Shown: positions 26,117 through 39,051 of the stretch, piece by piece
Position numbering within the stretch: position 1 is the first letter of the stretch
Layout: every line of letters begins with the position of its first letter
Assembly (NCBI RefSeq): GCF_006345805.1
Contig: NC_042998.1
Location: 76,756,001 to 76,820,000 of the forward strand
Source: Octopus sinensis
Taxonomy: Eukaryota
DNA length: 64,000 nucleotides
Direction of reading: 5' to 3'
Translations under genes and position numbers: made by a program
Notes under the pieces: generated by a model
What the model saw: only the letters and a program-made list of their open reading frames with translations
Told to the model about the DNA's origin: nothing
Databases searched by the model: none

Positions 26117-26737
26117 TATGAAATGTAAATAATATGAAAGGATATATACAATATTGGGGTCTCATGTTACACCGATGAAATGCCGTTTGGTATTGTGATA
26201 TATGTACATGCACATTTCTGTGTGTGTGTGTATGAAGACATTAATCGGAAACACATTTAATATTCATATTATTATGTTTAAAAATCAATAGCTTTTCCAT
26301 AATATCTCCATGAATTCAGGGGTACATAACAGACACGACCTATTTCCAATTCTATACGATTTCGTTTTACATATTATATCCCACTTTAATTCATAATTGA
26401 TTTATTTCGACTTTAAACTCCAAACGTATTTACTTAATCCTGTCGAATTCATTAGTTTCTTATTTTTACATGAATTTATGTGCTGTGCTGAGCATTTCTT
26501 GATTTTCTACTCGGTGAAATATGTTATCTTATGAAATGATCGAATTATTGCGCAATTATGTGTATAGATTTCTAAGAAATTTGTGCAGGTTAATTTAATT
26601 GTTGTTTACATATACCATTGAATCACTAGGTTGAAAATGCAGTTGAAGCATTTCCTTGCTAAGGTTGAAACTCAGATCTTAAAATTACATACTTGTAACT
26701 GTTTGTCAATTAATAGTGCAAGAATTTATTTTGGACA

Positions 26738-26822
<85 letters not shown>

Positions 26823-26836
26823 TATGTATGTGTGTG

Positions 26837-26879
<43 letters not shown>

Positions 26880-26924
26880 TGATAATGAAGGATATCACAA
26901 GTAGTACCAGCATGCTAAAATATC

Positions 26925-27246
26925 AGTCAAACACGACTCAAAACCACAAGTTTTCACTTTTGCATAAAGATGAAGTCGGGGGAACGGGCAAAATCATCAG
27001 GATACCGTATCAATGACTACAAAAACCGAAAATTGAAAAGTCAGACATTTTGGACCAGTAAGACTCACTGAAGGGATACTAAATGATATTTGCACAAAGT
27101 TCGAAAGTGCTGCAATACAAGTATGTCTGACTTTACAGTTTTCGATTCTTTTTCGTCATTAGTACAGGATCTTAGTGATTTTGCCCGTTCTCCCAACTTC
27201 ATCTTTATGCAAGAGTGAAAACTTGATGTGTTGAGTCGTTTTGACT
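26925..27246. repeat. Long imperfect inverted repeat (~120-bp arms, ~75-bp spacer)
   Basis: agtcaaacacgactcaa...gcataaagatgaagtcgggggaacgggcaaaatca...aagtcagacat pairs with atgtctgactt...tgattttgcccgttctcccaacttcatctttatgc...ttgagtcgttttgact. Confidence 0.88.
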
Positions 27247-27451
27247 ACTGTTTTACCTGTAGGGGATTTTATTTAATCGATAAATGAGATCCTGACGAGT
27301 ACTACTTTCCCGGGTTGGAACGGATCTGGGAGTAATGGTAATTAAGAGTTCACTCCACGCTCACTAAAATTCCAGAATTGGAGGCTCTCCAGCGGATGCA
27401 GTTTAATGTCCACACAGACACACAGACACACGCATACACATACGCACGCAC

Positions 27452-27522
<71 letters not shown>

Positions 27523-27946
27523 TCGACTAGGTTTTAAATATCACCAGAATTTTGAGTCCGATTTGATTTCATGAAATAGATAAAGAGATCTGTGTTATAG
27601 TTTTTGATCCATATGTTGCTGTCAAATACTACAATTTCTAGCAAGAACTACTCTTTGTATATGGTGGAATTTTTGTGAAATCAAAGGTCATTATTACCAG
27701 ATATTTAGTTATGGATTACTAGTAGTCAACTGCATCAAATTGTGTAAAAATATATTTGCTTTAAATTTACGATTTATACAATTCAACTTATAACTGGCGC
27801 CTAATTGTTAATCCAGGGCTTTTGGAGATAAATCATATATATTATCTAATATATGTTTGGATGACAACAAAATAAATATATGTATCCCCATCAAGATATT
27901 ACCGGGAGTGTCATGGAGAGTTGAATTTATTAGTAGTAGCATGACG

Positions 27947-27994
<48 letters not shown>

Positions 27995-29495
27995 TCATAC
28001 TTATATCTATAGACACACGCATACACGCATATATTTTCCTCAGGCATGAAAATAATTGATCTCAAATCATTCTGCATTCTGAATCATACTGAACGAATCT
28101 CCAATGCTTCTTTAACAAAGGAAACGGGACCGTTCTTTAAAATAAACTTAAATGGTTACAAGGTCCGTTGTAAAGATAACAATAGACTGCCCATAAAATC
28201 CCAAAGGTCAACGATCTGAATGCATGCAACAATGCATAGCAGACGATGTTTTAATGCTTTATATGTTATCGCATACTATTGGCGACTCAATCGCCTCTAT
28301 AAGGATGATTTTCAACAAGTTAAACGTATCACACACTCCTGACAGCAGTGTCAGGTATTTTTATATAATGCTGCTTGATATGTGGAACATGTGGAATACG
28401 ATATTCAAGGAGTTTCCTTGACGCTAAGTATATTTCCTGTCAACAGTCTACTGGTCATGTGCTCCTGCTATTTCTCCACTTGAGCTTGGAGTGCAGCTCA
28501 GTCATAGAAAGATGTAATAATGTATAACTAACTAGTTATTCTTACTGCAGATCATTCCTCGGAATATAAGATGCTGCAGCACTAATGAAAAATTAGCCAC
28601 AATATCTCGAGGCCCCAGTCATCTGAATGGATGTTATTGATAGATAAATATCTCGATCCAAGGAAAGTTTCTCTTTGATAAAGGGCAAGTTAGTACATGT
28701 TCCCGTCTGATAAGGTATCCATCGATACCACCTAGAGTAGGTTTTCCTTACTCCCCCCGAACTTTAGAGCTTCTTTCAGCTCATCCTAATTCTAGACGAA
28801 ACTGGATACACTTGTCACCTGAATCTAGTTGATATGTCTCCGAATTTACTGAGCTGTAACCTTCAAGCAATTTACCCATGCGTTAAATCGTAGAGAAGTA
28901 TTAACAAAATAATCCTAACAGCCCGAAAGCGTGTCCGAAACGGTTTTGGAAACTGGTTATCTATCATAGCTACTGATCATATGCAGTTATATACTGAAGA
29001 GCTTGAAACATGTTGCATCTAGTAGAAGCGACAAATTGATTGCATTTGCTTATTGTTTGCAGCATGATATATTTTAGCAAATGACTAGACTGTGCTCTGT
29101 AAAACGAATTTCATTTTTTTATTGTTCATCTTCCCATAAACATTTTTTTCAGATCCAGTTGCTTTATAATCTACTCTATATTCAAATACTTTCTTCTTTG
29201 AGAACTATCACATACAACAATATATCTTAGCTCACATTATCTCATACCCTCACATTCTTATGTACAACCTTAAGCATCATTTGAAGTATACTGCGCTAAA
29301 TGTAATGGTCTACTGTGTGTTGGAGTATAAAAATATTCGTAGAATAGCCTATATTTGAATCAATACCTTCATTATCCTGCTAAATATTATGAATCTTTTA
29401 CAAGCTACAATATCATAGTTTCATGCAAATATGAGACCTAAAGGAACCCTAGATAGTTTGCAAAACATTGAAGCAGTTGTGCTGACAATAAATTA

Positions 29496-29717
29496 GAGTA
29501 ATCCCTCGACTATCGCGGTTGCTACGTTCCAAAACCTCTCGCGATAGGTGGAAATCCGCGAAGTAGAAACAGTACTGTACTGTATATTTTTAAAATTATT
29601 TTTATAATTTGTATATATTTGTTTTATTATAAATGCAAAACAACACTACGGAGGAATAGGCATAAGCTTAAAAAATATACCGCGACTGGTGAACAGCGAT
29701 ATGGCGAGGGATTACTG
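29496..29717. mobile_element. Tigger/pogo-type MITE
   Basis: Imperfect TIRs agtaatccctcgactatcgcggt / acagcgatatggcgagggattactg, flanked by TA on both sides. Confidence 0.7.
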
Positions 29718-30154
29718 TAATTACATTTGATTAAGTTAATGATTTAGGAGTTGATGCTGGAGAGGTAACTAGAAAGTTGTGAAATTTGCAATGTGTTTTC
29801 TGCGGATGATTATCGGCATTAGCGATCTAAATTAGACGCATATGAAATAGTTCGAACCGTAACGTACATATAAATGCGACAGGTTCAGTAGGAACAATTA
29901 TCAATTTCTATGTGACCATTTGAAAATATTCTATACATTAGAGTAATTGAGATGAGCTTACACTACATAAATGAAGTATACCATTATTTTATCGGGATAT
30001 CAAACTCGTAATATTAAATCCGTCCACAAGTAATGTTCTGCTGGTTTTCTTATAAATAGCAATCTTCCTGACTGTCGACGATACATTCGATATACTGGCA
30101 TATGTATATGGTGTGTGTGTGTATGCATATATGTATATATATAATATATATATA

Positions 30155-30209
<55 letters not shown>

Positions 30210-30267
30210 GTATGTATATATATATATGTATGTATATATATATATGTCTATATATATACATACATAC

Positions 30268-30306
<39 letters not shown>

Positions 30307-30622
30307 TTATTTTGTATATATATATATATATTTAACATTCGTTTACAGAGTAAACCAGAAACAGAAAATAAGAAGAGAAAGGAATCCAGAAGAAGAAGAA
30401 TACGAAGAAAAAGGTAAAACAAGAATATTGTAGAAGAATATTGCAAAAAAATGTTTTATCTATCACCAGAAATACCCAGCATACACACCAAATGTAATTC
30501 CAACAAGGTATAGTAAAAAGTATTTTACATTTAATTATTGTTAATGACGAGCCTGCATAGTTTTTGCGCGCGAGTGATGTGTGTGTGTGTGCATGCGTGT
30601 ATGTGCATGAATATATATATAT

Positions 30623-30658
<36 letters not shown>

Positions 30659-30869
30659 CCTTGTAAACATAAGGAGATTTTGTTATCTGCTTAATTTCTT
30701 TTGCTTCGCTTAAAAAAAAATCATCAGAAACGTGGGAGAGACTTGCATCTCCGTGTATATATTTTTATTTGGATTGTGTCCAACTTGTTTAATTGTCCAA
30801 TTTTATTTATTATTTGTTTGTTAATAATTACATTACAGTGCTCCTAATTATACTTCTGTGTATTTCATA

Positions 30870-31234
30870 CTAGCAGTATCGCCCGGCGTTGCTCGGGTTT
30901 GTAAGGGAAATAACTATAAAGCATTGTTAGAGAGTTATAGCCAAAAAATAGCAAAAAAATGGAAAAAAATTATGGTAAATTTTTTTGAGAGTTAAAAAGG
31001 TCGAGTTGCGTCCCCTAGACAGTCTGTGGTTTGTGTTTCTGATTCTCGACCCCATGTCGAATTTATCGATTTTTTTCAGAACTGGGGGGACTTTTCAAAA
31101 TTTTGTCTGCGTTAGTTTTGAATTATGACATTGGGCTATGTGTATGTTAAGTTTCATCAGAATCAGTTGAAAGCCGTGGTCAGGGTGAGGGTACAACCTG
31201 ACAGACACACAGATACGCACACAGACAAACTGCC

Positions 31235-31240
<6 letters not shown>
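30870..31240 (-). mobile_element. Non-autonomous Helitron-like element
   Basis: Minus-strand 3' end cccgagcaacgccggg (hairpin) + cgatactg + CTAG followed by T; (acag/acac) repeats near the other end, which is lost in (TA)n. Confidence 0.7.
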
Positions 31241-31276
<36 letters not shown>

Positions 31277-32262
31277 GTGTGTGTGTGTGTGTGTGCGTGC
31301 GTGCGTGTGTAGATGTGCTTGTGTGTATAATATATTTTTATATATCTATAAACATATGCTTATCTGCGTGTATATCAGAAAGAGTCCTATATATGAAAAT
31401 GCAGTTATGAATACACACATACACACGCATATATGTATATATTATATATATATATATATACATTCGTCATATATATGTGTGATTATGTGTATATATAAGT
31501 ATATACGTATATAAGTTTGTGTGTAACACGCTCACATCAAATCTAGATTTCCTTTGTTAGAGATTACATTACGGCTGCATAACAAAAAGAGGCAGGCAAC
31601 AAACTTGTGGACTCGGGTCCTGCATGCCAATTATTTGAGTAACCCGTTTTGGATGTGTTTTTATAAGTCTGTATGAGTGGCAGGAGCACCATTCCTGATA
31701 TAAGAGGAATACTGCCTTGTGTATCTTGTTTGATATTTGTAGTGTGTCAACATTTGTAGTTTGGCTAGTGAAATATTAATCAAATGGTATTATTTTCAAA
31801 TTCATTTCAAGTCATATAGATTTTAAAAGTTTCTTTATTATCCTTCAAAAAAGGATACTAATTACCTTGTAGTCAATGCTCCACCTCAATACAATACTAA
31901 CACCAGTGACAATGAAAACAACAATATAATAATGTTTCACTGACTAAATCATTAAGCTGGCTTGCAGTGAACCGGAACAGCTGAAAATATGAGCTGACAA
32001 AAAAGAATTAAAATGAAAACAAATAACAAAAAAACGAAACAAAACAGAAGGAAACGAAGACCATCAACAAAAGAATAGACAACAAGATCGCAACGAAAAA
32101 GGAAAAATAACAATGTAAATTACACGGCAAGCAACAATACAAACGGTAGAGCAGACGGTTATACAGTGACACAGACGACACCGATGATATATAAAAAAAT
32201 AAAAGTTTAAAATATTAGTTAACACGCATACGTACACACATTAGAGACACTGGTAGCCACTC

Positions 32263-32330
<68 letters not shown>

Positions 32331-32730
32331 GTGTATGTTCACCACATACACAATTATTTTACGTATTGGTTTTATATGATTATTTATTTATTTCATAAGG
32401 TAATTTGTATAGAACAATATCATGGCTACTGGCCAATCACCGATTCACTGGCATATCTGAAGATGAGATTGAAAAGGAAAAAAAAAACAACAAAAAAACA
32501 AAACAATGTCTAACACGATACAGAACATAATTTACACGAGAATTAGTTGAACGACCACCTGTTTACCAGTATTTTATCATTTACCGATAAACATTTTCTA
32601 AAGATGCGCGAGCGTGCACAACACGCACTCACGCACGCACTTATATACACGTATCCAAAACACACACACATACACACACACACACTCACACACACACACA
32701 CATGCATATATATTCTTTATTATTTTATTC

Positions 32731-33142
32731 TTTTACTTGTTTCAGACAATTGACAGTAGCCATACTGGAGCACCGCCTTTCAGTCGAAGAAATCGACTCC
32801 TGGACTTATTCTTTGTAAGCTTGGAGTTTAGTCTATCAGATTCTTCTGCCGAACCGCTAGTTTACAGGGATGAAAACATTCCAATAACGGCTGTCCAGTG
32901 ATGGCGGTGGATGGAGGGTTAACCACAGACATAAACACACACAAACACACACAAACACACATACACACACACAAACATATATATCACTGGCTTCTTTCAG
33001 TTTCCGTCTACCAAATTCACTCACTCGACTTTGGTCGGCCCGAGGCTATAGTAGAAGACACTTGTCCAAGGTACCACACAGTGGGGCCCAACCCGGAGCC
33101 ATGTAGTTGGAAAGCAAGCTTCTTACCAAACAACCTCGCCTG
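32731..33142 (-). mobile_element. tRNA-derived SINE with an internal CA microsatellite
   Basis: ttttacttgtttcag..gccatactggagcaccgcc tail; tttccgtctaccaaatt..ttggtcggcccgaggctatagtagaagacacttg body, shared with 46110-46562. Confidence 0.8.
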
Positions 33143-33319
33143 CTACTTTATATATATATGTGAATGGGGCGGATGCATCTATTTCATAAGCATCGATTTC
33201 ATTGTACACTTTTCCATTTTCATTCGTTTTATGTTTTTTGGCTCCACTGTGGTGTTCTGTCTATCCTTGTGGTGTTCCCTCAGTGTCATGGTCCAGGTGC
33301 CAAATAAAACGAATTACAT

Positions 33320-34052
33320 AGTATGATATACCACAAACTGGGTGATCTCGGCATAGCTGGAAAACTTGGAGAGTGGTTATAGGTCTTACTGAAAGATAGA
33401 AGTCAGGTAGTTGTGGCCAATGGAACCACCCCAATGAAAACAGTGGGCGGTGTTCCACAGGGAACTGTCTTGGGACCACTGCTTTTCATAGTGGCCCTCT
33501 CAGATATGTCCTCAACTGCTCAGATATCCACCTTTGCTAGCTACGCAGATGATACGAAAGTCTCGCAGAAAATACAGAACACCAGCGATGATGCACACCT
33601 GCAGCAGGAGTTGGACTCAATTTACAGATGGGCTGAGGATAATAATATGCAGTTTAATGTTGAAAAATTCCAAGCCCTGCGCTACCAGCGCCCAAAATTG
33701 CATATGAAGCTTACAGGGTACACTGGTCCACAAGGAATTACAATTCCAGAGCCCAAAACAGTGAAGGACCTGAGCATCGACACGACTGATGATACTTCTT
33801 TCCAAGTGCACATTACCAGGATGGCGACAAAATGCAGACGACTGGCGGGATGGATCCAGAGAATGTTCAGAACCAGAGAAAAAGAAACTATGATGGTCAT
33901 CTGAAAGGCATTCGTCCTCAGCCTCCTGGATTACTGCTCCCAGGTATGGTCACCCAACAGTGTAACATTGAAAGCGGACTTGAAGCAATCCATCGGAGCT
34001 TCACAAAGAAGATCGTCTCTTTGCAACAGCTGAGCTATTGGGTAGAGAAGCT
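33320..34052 (+). mobile_element. Internal fragment of the CR1/L2-group LINE family at 20476
   Basis: GGVPQGTVLGPLLF, YADDTK, NNMQFNVEKFQAL; collinear with 20476-21140. Confidence 0.9.
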
Positions 34053-34139
34053 CATTGTATTCATTCCCAGATTATACATGCAAATTCATAGGTAAAATAT
34101 GTATTTAAAAAATTAACGAATAAATAAATTCATGAATGG

Positions 34140-35338
34140 AAGTTGTTTTCACATCGATAATGCTTTTCTCAGTACATGAGCCGTTCCTGTCAAAACGATC
34201 TTTTGCACTTCCTGTAGGGATGGTAAGCCTGGTATCATTTTCAAATAGGTTTCAGTACATTTTATATAATTTCAAGAGATCCCACAATCACTAGTACTGT
34301 AGTCGCCCTAAGATGCCACATTTTTTCAATTTCCATGAGCAAGTCCTTATATTTACTAATTTTGTCAAATTCTTTTGCTGCTATATTGTGATCGCAAGGA
34401 ATACTCATATCAATTAACAAACGCATCCTTTTTGTCTGATCTTCTATGATGATATCCGGTTTATTAGCGTTTATAGTTCTGTCGATATGCACAGGAAAGT
34501 CCCACAGAATCGACACATTTTCTCCCTCAGTCACAGCTTCAGGATGGTGTTTATACCATTTGTTAGCGGTTTTGATTTTATAATGCCGACAAATTGTCCA
34601 GTGTAAATACTGGCCGACTCTGTCATGTCTTGCTTTATATTCTACAAGTGCTAAGGCTCTACACACTGAGATTAGGTGGTCTATTGTTTCAATCTCATCG
34701 TTAGAGAATCGGCATTTTGGTTTAGCTCCATTTTTTATCACATTGGCTTGGTAGTTCCGGGTTAATAAGCATTGATCTTGAGCAGCTAATATGAAATCTT
34801 CACTCTCCGCTTTTAGCCCTGAGCTTCGTAATCATTGATGCGTGTCTTTCTGGTCGACATCATCTCATTTGCTACGGGCCACATACTTGCCATGCAGAGG
34901 TTTCTGTTCCCTTCTGCTAGCTAATTTTTCTTGCACTTTTGTTTTTGCAATCAATTTTATTTCCTTCGCAGCGGCAGTTGGCGCATTTTCTTCAACCTAA
35001 TCGATCTGGTAGGTAGGTATCTAAGAGATCAGTAGCGAATTTTTTGCTTTCTTTCAGAATAGAGTGAATTTTTTTTCGGTCTTTCATGTTTTTCAACAAG
35101 TTTTAGCATCCAATCGTTGGTTGCTTCAAGGTATTTGGCCAGTCCGATTGTGGTGGTTTTGTACGTAAGTTCAAGCTGGATCATACCTCGTCCTCCTTGA
35201 GCTCTGGGAAAGTAAAGACGATCCACGTCTGTCTTTGGATGGTGCATCTTATTACAAGTCAGTAGCTTGCGGATTTTTCTGTCAAGTTTCATTATTTCAC
35301 TGGTATTCCAGTTAAGCACATTGAAGCTATAAAGAACA
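34140..35338 (-). mobile_element. Degenerate R4/Dong-like REL non-LTR retrotransposon
   Basis: KCRFSNDEIETIDHLISVC...YKARHDRVGQYLHW...LWDFPVHIDRTINANKPDI...KISKYKDL; 5' truncation at a (TTA)n tract. Confidence 0.88.
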
Positions 35339-35379
35339 ATTATTATTATTATTATTATTATTATCATTATTATTATTAC

Positions 35380-36317
35380 TTTTTTTTCTTCTTTCAAATT
35401 TGCTTCCATTTCTTGCCGAGTGTCTTCCCGACTCCTAGGGCAAAGAAACTCATAGTATACTCATAGTAGGCTATTAAACTAAACTCAATAGTTCGTTCAT
35501 TTTTTTTAAAAGTTAAATTAAAATACATGGGTAGTAATAGTTCTCACATCGACAATGCTCTTCTCAATACGTGTGATGTACCAGTTAAGACAATCTTTTG
35601 CACTTCTTGCAGGGATGGTAAGCCAGGGATCATTCTCATATAATTTTCGGTTCCCTTCTTGATCATTCCTAGTGCTCCTACGATCACTGGTATTGTAACC
35701 GCCTTGAGATGTCATATTTTCTCAATTTCAATGAGTAGGTCTTTATATTTTCTGAGCTTGTCAAACTCTTTCGCTGAGATATTATGATCACAGGGGATGC
35801 TCATGTCGATCAATCAGTAAACTTTATTGTTTTGGTCTTTCACAACAATATCTGGTTTATTGTCCTTGATGGTTCGGTCTGTATGTACTGGAAAGTCCCA
35901 CAGAATGGTTACATTTTCTCCTTCAGTAACAGCCTCAGGGTGGTGATTATACCACTTGTCGGCAGTTTTGATATTGTAATGCCGACTTATTAGCCAGTGT
36001 AGATATTGGCCAACTCTGTCATATCTTAATTTATACTCCAGTGGTGCTAAGACTTTACATCCAGAGATTAGGTGGTCCACTGTTTCAATCATGTCGTTGC
36101 AGAATCGGCATTTTGGGTCTGCTCCATTTTTCATCACATTGGCCTGGTAGTTCGGGTTAATAGGCTTTGATCTTGAGCAGCCAGGATGAAACCTTCGCTC
36201 TCTGCTTTTAGCCCTGAGCTCCGTAGCCACTGATGGGTGTTGCTTCTGGTCAACATCAGCTTGTTTGCTGCGGGCCACATATTTGCCGTGCAGCGGTTTC
36301 TCCTCCCACCTACCAGC

Positions 36318-36318
<1 letters not shown>
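35380..36318 (-). mobile_element. Second tandem R4/Dong-like REL element (3' part)
   Basis: CRFCNDMIETVDHLISGC...LWDFPVHTDRTIKDNKPDIVV; bounded on both sides by (TTA)n. Confidence 0.88.
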
Positions 36319-36396
<78 letters not shown>

Positions 36397-36397
36397 G

Positions 36398-36917
36398 AGT
36401 GAGAGAGCAGTTCATGCCATCAAAGTGACACTGGGGTAAAATATACGAAGCCCAATATACCCATCATGACTACCCGTCTGATAAAGGTACACCAGGCACA
36501 TGCATCACAACCATATGTGCGCGACATGGTGATCTCATATCAAGATAAACAGCACTGACCTTGCAGGTGGGGCCCAGTTAGAATTTTCCTTCAGGTTGAG
36601 TAGCCCATCCTGCTCAAAAGGTCCCTGAATAAGGGTTGCTTTAGGATGTTGAACGAAACACCTATGTTTCCAGAGGTGAACCATTCAAACTCCAAAGAAT
36701 CCCTCTCAACACATAGCCATGATGCTCCCCCACTACTTCTGCTCGTGATCAGAGATGCACGTATTGTCAGCCACTAAGGGACATGCTCAACTGGTTAAGG
36801 TCAAACAACTGACAAGCAAATCTGTGGTATTGAGCAGAATATTTGCTGAAGCCCATCTTTTATACCAAGACAAAACAATGTACATGATAACACTTCCAAT
36901 CAGTTAAGATCAGAAGC

Positions 36918-36920
<3 letters not shown>
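36398..36920 (+). mobile_element. Interspersed repeat inside (TTA)n, probably an RTE-like 5' region; minus-strand pieces at ~5247-5362, ~6675-6790 and 9725-10045
   Basis: gagtgagagagcagttcatgccatcaaagtgacac...gcatcacaacc is shared with those fragments; the RTE assignment is from recall only. Confidence 0.6.
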
Positions 36921-36972
<52 letters not shown>

Positions 36973-36989
36973 TTATTATTATTTATCAC

Positions 36990-38480
36990 AGATTTTGTTG
37001 AAACTTGTGGAGTCTTGTATGCATGCATAGTGGGCTTGCTACCTGTAGCCTACGGTACCATACTATCCGTTCTTTTCAGCTATCTAATACTTTCCTGATT
37101 ATTCTGGCCGTGCCAATGAGGCAAATTTACTCTATTCCAATTTCCTTTATATACCTCTTGATGCCTTCTGATACTGTCCCAAAGGACCCAACAATAATTA
37201 ACACTACCTTCACCTTATTCATTTTCCATAGCCGGGCTATTTCGTACTTAAGAGGGTTGTATCTGTTTATCTTTTCCATCTTGACTATCCGTGGGTCAAA
37301 GTGACATGCAACATCAAATATATAGTACGTGTGGTGCACCTTCTCCACCTCCAGTAGGTCCGGTGTCTTATGCTCTAGCTCCTGATCTGTACGGATTGGG
37401 AAATCCCAGAGGATCTTGCTTGTCTCCGACTCCGCTACTCTGTTCTCATACCACGTCTTGCTTTGTCTCAAGCCCCTAGTTTTTACAGTTTCCATGTAGC
37501 ACTTTCGTTACCTGATCGTGTCGCCACAACTTGTAGTCGTTTTGGGCAAGTCTAGGGCATTCATTCGTGATATGGGTGTTGGCTGTTTCCACTCCATTTG
37601 TGGCCAAAGCTTGGCCTTTCGCTGCCAGTATAATGCTCTCGGTCTCTTTTTGTTTTTAGGTTTCCTTTCATCAGCCAAGCCCACCTATTTTTTCCAGCAC
37701 TTTCAGTTGTGGCTATATGGAATTGATTGTGTAATCTCTTATGTAATTATTCTTCATGTCCATTTTGTACTTCTTTCTTTGTTTTTCCTTTTTTCTCTGC
37801 ATTTAATTATCCCTCGTTCCTAACTGTCACTAGCAAGGTTTTCTTACTTTGGGCTAGATATCTCATTAAGCTCTTGAGTTCGACACGCACGCAGTCTTCC
37901 ACGTTTGCACGCAGTTCTCTTCCTCCATTTGCTCTCTTCATGTATACATGATCAATGTCTGAACGTAAATGATGGGTTCCATGCATCGTTTGAAGTTTTC
38001 TTCACTTTCGGTCCATCTTCTTTAGCTCCACTTCTGTCCACTTTAGGATTCCAACGCCATACCGAACTACTACGATGCGCGCGATTATGTTTCTGATACT
38101 CAGCTTTGAAGCCAGTATTTTTCTCACTCGCTACAGATACTCTTTTTTTGTCTTTTCCTTCATGTCGTTGTGATTCCATCTGACTCAAGCCCTCACAAGT
38201 ATTTGTAGTTGGACTGCTGTTTAATTGCCTTCATCATTTCACCACTTGGCAACCACATATCTTCTGCCCTGAAAAGCTTTCCTCGTCTCATCACCATCGT
38301 AGCACATTTTGAGAGTCCAAACACCATTCAATTTCTCATTAGAGAAAATCCGCACGGACTGGACTAGGCTGTCCAGTTTCGCCTCAGTTCTTTTGAATAG
38401 CATATTTTGTTAATGGCATGTGATTCAGTTTTCTATTACCTCTTCACAGATCATAGCCCAACTTAGTTTTCTGCAGTATG
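36990..38480 (-). mobile_element. Internally deleted, degenerate REL-type non-LTR element
   Basis: WYENRVAESETSKILWDFPIRTDQELEHKTPDL...DVAC.FD...EKINRYNPLKYEIARLWKM..V.V..IIVGSFG; adjoins a (TTA)n tract. Confidence 0.75.
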
Positions 38481-38562
38481 TTACTCAAGGAGATCATTCC
38501 CTGCACAAAAATCAGTGGCGTCATTTTATATATATATATATATATTTTTTTTCTCTTTTCTC

Positions 38563-38760
38563 TTTTACTTGTTTCAGTCATTTGACTGCGGCCATGCTGA
38601 AGCACCGCCTTTAGTCGAGCAAATCGACCCCGGGACTTATTCTTTTGTAAGCCCAGTACTTATTCTATCGGTCTCTTTTGCCGAACAGCTAAGTGACGGG
38701 GACGTAAACACACCAGCATCGGTTGTCAAGCGATGCTAGGGGGACAAACACAGACACACA
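38563..38760 (-). mobile_element. SINE 3' half
   Basis: ttttacttgtttcagtcatttgactgcggccatgctgaagcaccgcc...ggttgtcaagcgatg, reverse-complement match to 46370-46562. Confidence 0.85.
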
Positions 38761-38829
38761 AACATATACACATACATACAGATATATATATACATATAGA
38801 TATATATACACAATTGATAGGTGTTTTTG

Positions 38830-38922
38830 AATGGCTTATAAACACCTTCCATGCTGCAATTACTTTTGTTTCAGCACGCAATCTCTGATCAGGTCACTTG
38901 CTCTGCAAGTATATCCCCGTAA
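38830..38922 (-). repeat. Fragment of the element at 61357-61450
   Basis: Reverse complement ttacggggatatacttgcagagcaagtgacctgatcagagatt...gtttataagccat matches 61357-61448. Confidence 0.75.
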
Positions 38923-38961
38923 CACACACACACACGTACACACACACACACACACACACAC

Positions 38962-39000
<39 letters not shown>

Positions 39001-39017
39001 CATATATATACACACAC

Positions 39018-39051
<34 letters not shown>

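Noticed and set aside
27286-27410. CUGACGAG hammerhead start
   Set aside because: No properly placed GAAA or stem III; looks like a separate interspersed repeat.
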